Position numbers and translations under genes: made by a program. A stretch of 64,000 nucleotides of DNA from NCBI GenBank assembly GCA_040285855.1, contig JAUFOQ010000003.1, positions 1,426,001 to 1,490,000 of the forward strand, written 5' to 3'. How positions within the stretch are numbered: the stretch's first letter is position 1; each line of letters begins with the position of its first letter. The stretch is from Eukaryota sp. GEM-RC1 (taxonomy: Eukaryota). Under the pieces are notes generated by a model. That model did not search any database. It was not told the origin of the DNA and worked only from the letters and a program-made list of their open reading frames with translations. Positions 61,483-64,000 of this stretch are shown piece by piece.

Positions 61483-63372
61483 ATGTCAACTCCTTCATGT
61501 GTTGTTTGTTACGAGCGGTTTGAATTGGGACTTTTTGATCCAGTAATTGTCTGTGCAAATAACCATACTGTATGTGTTAAATGTGCTGATCGTCTTAGTG
61601 AATGCCCTTTCCGATGTAAACTTTTAGCCGAACCCATCCCGAATCTCCTTATGAGAGGCCAGATCGAAAAGACTGTTGCTTCAGTTTCTCGTATCCCTAT
61701 AATTGATGCAACCGAAATCACGCTAAGCCCATCCCCCTTCGCCGAAGGTACCTTTAGTGATGTCTACAAGGCAGACTGGAAAAGTTCAAAGGTCGCGGTT
61801 AAGCTCTTTCGTGTAGGACCTTCATTAGAGCAAGAAAAAGTCAAGAACGAAGTTCATATACTGCTAGGACTTAATCACCCTAACATTCTTCGGGTATTTG
61901 GAACTGTTTATGTTGATGGTCGGATAGGTATTGTAAGTGAGCTCGCCGATTGTTCATTGGATGAAATCATCACGCAGTCACGGCCCATTGAACAAAAACT
62001 TTTACTGGCAAAGAAAGTGGCAGCTGGAATTAGCTATTTGCATTCACGAAATATAGCTCACCGAGATTTGAAGCCTGGAAATGTATTAATGTTCGCTAAT
62101 AACGTCCCTAAAATTGGAGATTTTGGCACAAGTAAAGTCTTAGAAACTCTTCGAAATAGTACCAAACTTGCTTTTACAGTCAACTATGCTGCTCCAGAAC
62201 TACTTGATCCTGAAAGAAAAACACCTGTCACTTTGAAAACTGACATTTACAGCTTTTGTATTATTCTGATTGAATTAATAAGCCAACAGAGGGTTTTTAA
62301 TGGCCTTAACATGATGCAAGTAATGCTAGCGGTGTTCATGCAGAACACACGCCCTGATATCCCTGATAACGTGCCCTCGCTTCTACGTCCTTTTATCGAC
62401 GCTGGTTTGTCAAGAAAACCTTCTGATAGACCATCTGCAGCTGACTTTATTACTGTAATTGATCAGATATTGGAAACACCCAATGCACCACATCGACGTG
62501 TCATCAATAGATCAATTTTCTCCACTGTGGATGAAGCTATTGCGGTCAACCGTATTGAACCTACACTTCCCGTTGTTGGAACTTGCTGGGAATCAGACCT
62601 AGAAGTGGGAACTTCTGTTGATCGTCGTATGGACATGGTTAATGCTATTAGAGAGAAGGTATCGTCTTCATTACTTTTGGATTCTGTTTTAAAGGCGATG
62701 GAGACGGTTCCTCGGCACTTGTTCCTACACCAAATGGATAGTCTGTCAACCGACACTGTTCTGGACCAAAGTTATGCCATTTGTCCTATTCGGTCAACCC
62801 CTTACAGTAACGAAAGTTCTCCTGAATTGATTGCTGTCATGCTGTCAATGATTGGTATTCGTCCTGGTCATTCAGTTGCTTTGATTGGGTTAAAAGGGGG
62901 TTATATACAATCACTTGGAGCACAACTCGTTGGTGGCAATGGTAAAACTTGTATTTTTACTGGTAACAATTCTCTTTTAGATATTGTTAGAGATCGTACT
63001 AAGGATTATCCTTTCAACCGGGTAATTTCTTTTCACGAGGTGGAAGAAATGGCTAATCCTCAATCATTGCGTCGTGCAATCAAGGTCGCTGACAGGTTAT
63101 ACGATGGAATTCTTTTTTGTGGATCTGTAACTCACGATTACATTGACCCAGTTAAGACCCATTTACGTGATGGTGGGAAGATGTTGTGTATTGTTCAAGA
63201 AGATTATTGCCAGCGATTTGTCATTGTTCACAAAAGGATTATAATGTCTTTGAACAAAGTACTATTACAGACTATTCTGTCATCTTTCAAGGCTTGTCTG
63301 GTTTGTAATTGGTGTTTATTTTTGATTTGTACATTGTATACAGAGGTTCCCTTATTTCTTTCAATTGGATAA
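61483..63372 (+). CDS. RING finger + TKL-like protein kinase + degenerate PIMT-like methyltransferase fusion; the true stop is probably at 63308
   Basis: N-terminal CVVC..CANNHTVCVKC..CPFRC. Kinase motifs EGTFSDVY, VAVK, HRDLKPGN, DFG, YAAPE and DIYSF. The C-terminal KAMETVPRHLF, SSPELIAVML, ALIGLKGGY, QLVGGNG, YDGI and LRDGGKML follow the PIMT motif order. The frame is open from an ATG with no intron needed. Confidence 0.88.
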   Translation: MSTPSCVVCYERFELGLFDPVIVCANNHTVCVKCADRLSECPFRCKLLAEPIPNLLMRGQIEKTVASVSRIPIIDATEITLSPSPFAEGTFSDVYKADWKSSKVAVKLFRVGPSLEQEKVKNEVHILLGLNHPNILRVFGTVYVDGRIGIVSELADCSLDEIITQSRPIEQKLLLAKKVAAGISYLHSRNIAHRDLKPGNVLMFANNVPKIGDFGTSKVLETLRNSTKLAFTVNYAAPELLDPERKTPVTLKTDIYSFCIILIELISQQRVFNGLNMMQVMLAVFMQNTRPDIPDNVPSLLRPFIDAGLSRKPSDRPSAADFITVIDQILETPNAPHRRVINRSIFSTVDEAIAVNRIEPTLPVVGTCWESDLEVGTSVDRRMDMVNAIREKVSSSLLLDSVLKAMETVPRHLFLHQMDSLSTDTVLDQSYAICPIRSTPYSNESSPELIAVMLSMIGIRPGHSVALIGLKGGYIQSLGAQLVGGNGKTCIFTGNNSLLDIVRDRTKDYPFNRVISFHEVEEMANPQSLRRAIKVADRLYDGILFCGSVTHDYIDPVKTHLRDGGKMLCIVQEDYCQRFVIVHKRIIMSLNKVLLQTILSSFKACLVCNWCLFLICTLYTEVPLFLSIG

Positions 63373-63774
63373 ACTAACTTACGTGGTTGTCTCAGTTCAT
63401 AAACTGATTGTTTTCCTACATCAACTCTGTAATTCCAAATCACGTGTCATACTATTTTGAGTTCAGTTCAAAACCTGACAAAAAATCAGGTTGAGGGCAG
63501 CCTGTATACCAGTATCAGGCAAGGTAGTCAACTGACCTTTGATTTGCGAGCCTTTTAGCAACCACAATTTTGATCTACTTTTGTACTTCAATATTTCCAA
63601 TGCAATCAAAAATTAATAAATGACATGGGAAAAATCTCATTTCAAAAAGAGACAGGATCATTAGCAGTTGAGCCTACTTTAAAAAAAATAAAATACATTT
63701 TAATACTGTGTTCAAATTACAATGGTTCTACATGTACTAATATAAGAAACTAAATATAGTAACTAAACAACACT

Positions 63775-63999
63775 CTAAGCATTCTCAAGCTTTCTGACAA
63801 ACTTTGTGTGCGATGCTAAAATTCCAGGGTTGCCGAACCCGATGGGTTGATGTTGGTGACTACATTCAACCTGTTTACTAGTACTCCAACGTTTTTTCTC
63901 ACTTGTACCATCAGAACATGGCGCACCACGTGGAAGATTGGTATCATGGCATGAACGGGGTTTAGGATTGTAGATCTTTGCAGAATTACGAAGAGCATT
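63775..63999 (-). CDS. Probable 3' end of an unknown host gene entering from beyond the window
   Basis: An open frame runs from the window edge (NALRNSAKIYNPKPRSC...RKLENA*) to TAG at 63775-63777, followed by AT-rich sequence. It is a different frame from the 60 aa ORF in the track. No recognisable motif. Confidence 0.45.
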   Translation of the reverse strand, partial: NALRNSAKIYNPKPRSCHDTNLPRGAPCSDGTSEKKRWSTSKQVECSHQHQPIGFGNPGILASHTKFVRKLENA

Positions 64000-64000
64000 A

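Noticed and set aside
61361..63443. Small ORFs around the kinase gene (61361, 61509, 62463, 63228)
   Set aside because: They overlap or lie antisense to the main CDS or the hAT end and have no recognisable motifs.
63825..63834. CAGGGTTGCC as another hAT terminus
   Set aside because: No partner TIR, TSD or subterminal repeats were found, and it lies within a probable minus-strand coding frame.

Overview
This is AT-rich eukaryotic DNA, probably from a microbial eukaryote; the taxon cannot be determined from the window. Roughly the first 61 kb is transposon-derived. (1) 1-33 kb is a satellite-like array of 29 head-to-tail, minus-strand 3' fragments of one restriction-like-endonuclease (RLE), CRE-like non-LTR retrotransposon. 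Its 28 junctions are of only three types. Periods are about 644, 1274, 1337 and 1478 bp, with a ~2.45 kb higher-order unit. (2) ~31.4-40.9 kb and ~51.0-60.5 kb are the arms of a ~9.5 kb inverted repeat built from a 4.05 kb mosaic of several RLE subfamilies. (3) The ~10 kb spacer holds the longest non-LTR copy, a 4334 bp Ty3/Gypsy chromodomain element with identical 89 bp LTRs and a CTTG target duplication, nested insertions, and a hAT left end. (4) A 65 bp hAT-type MITE (17 bp TIR, 8 bp TSD) occurs seven times at one homologous site. (5) A 678 bp non-autonomous hAT element with a perfect 8 bp TSD ends 31 bp upstream of the only complete host gene. That gene encodes an unusual RING finger + TKL-like kinase + degenerate PIMT-like methyltransferase fusion. 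Many frameshifts fall in homopolymer runs and may be sequencing or assembly errors. Family assignments rest on motif recognition by eye; no searches were run.
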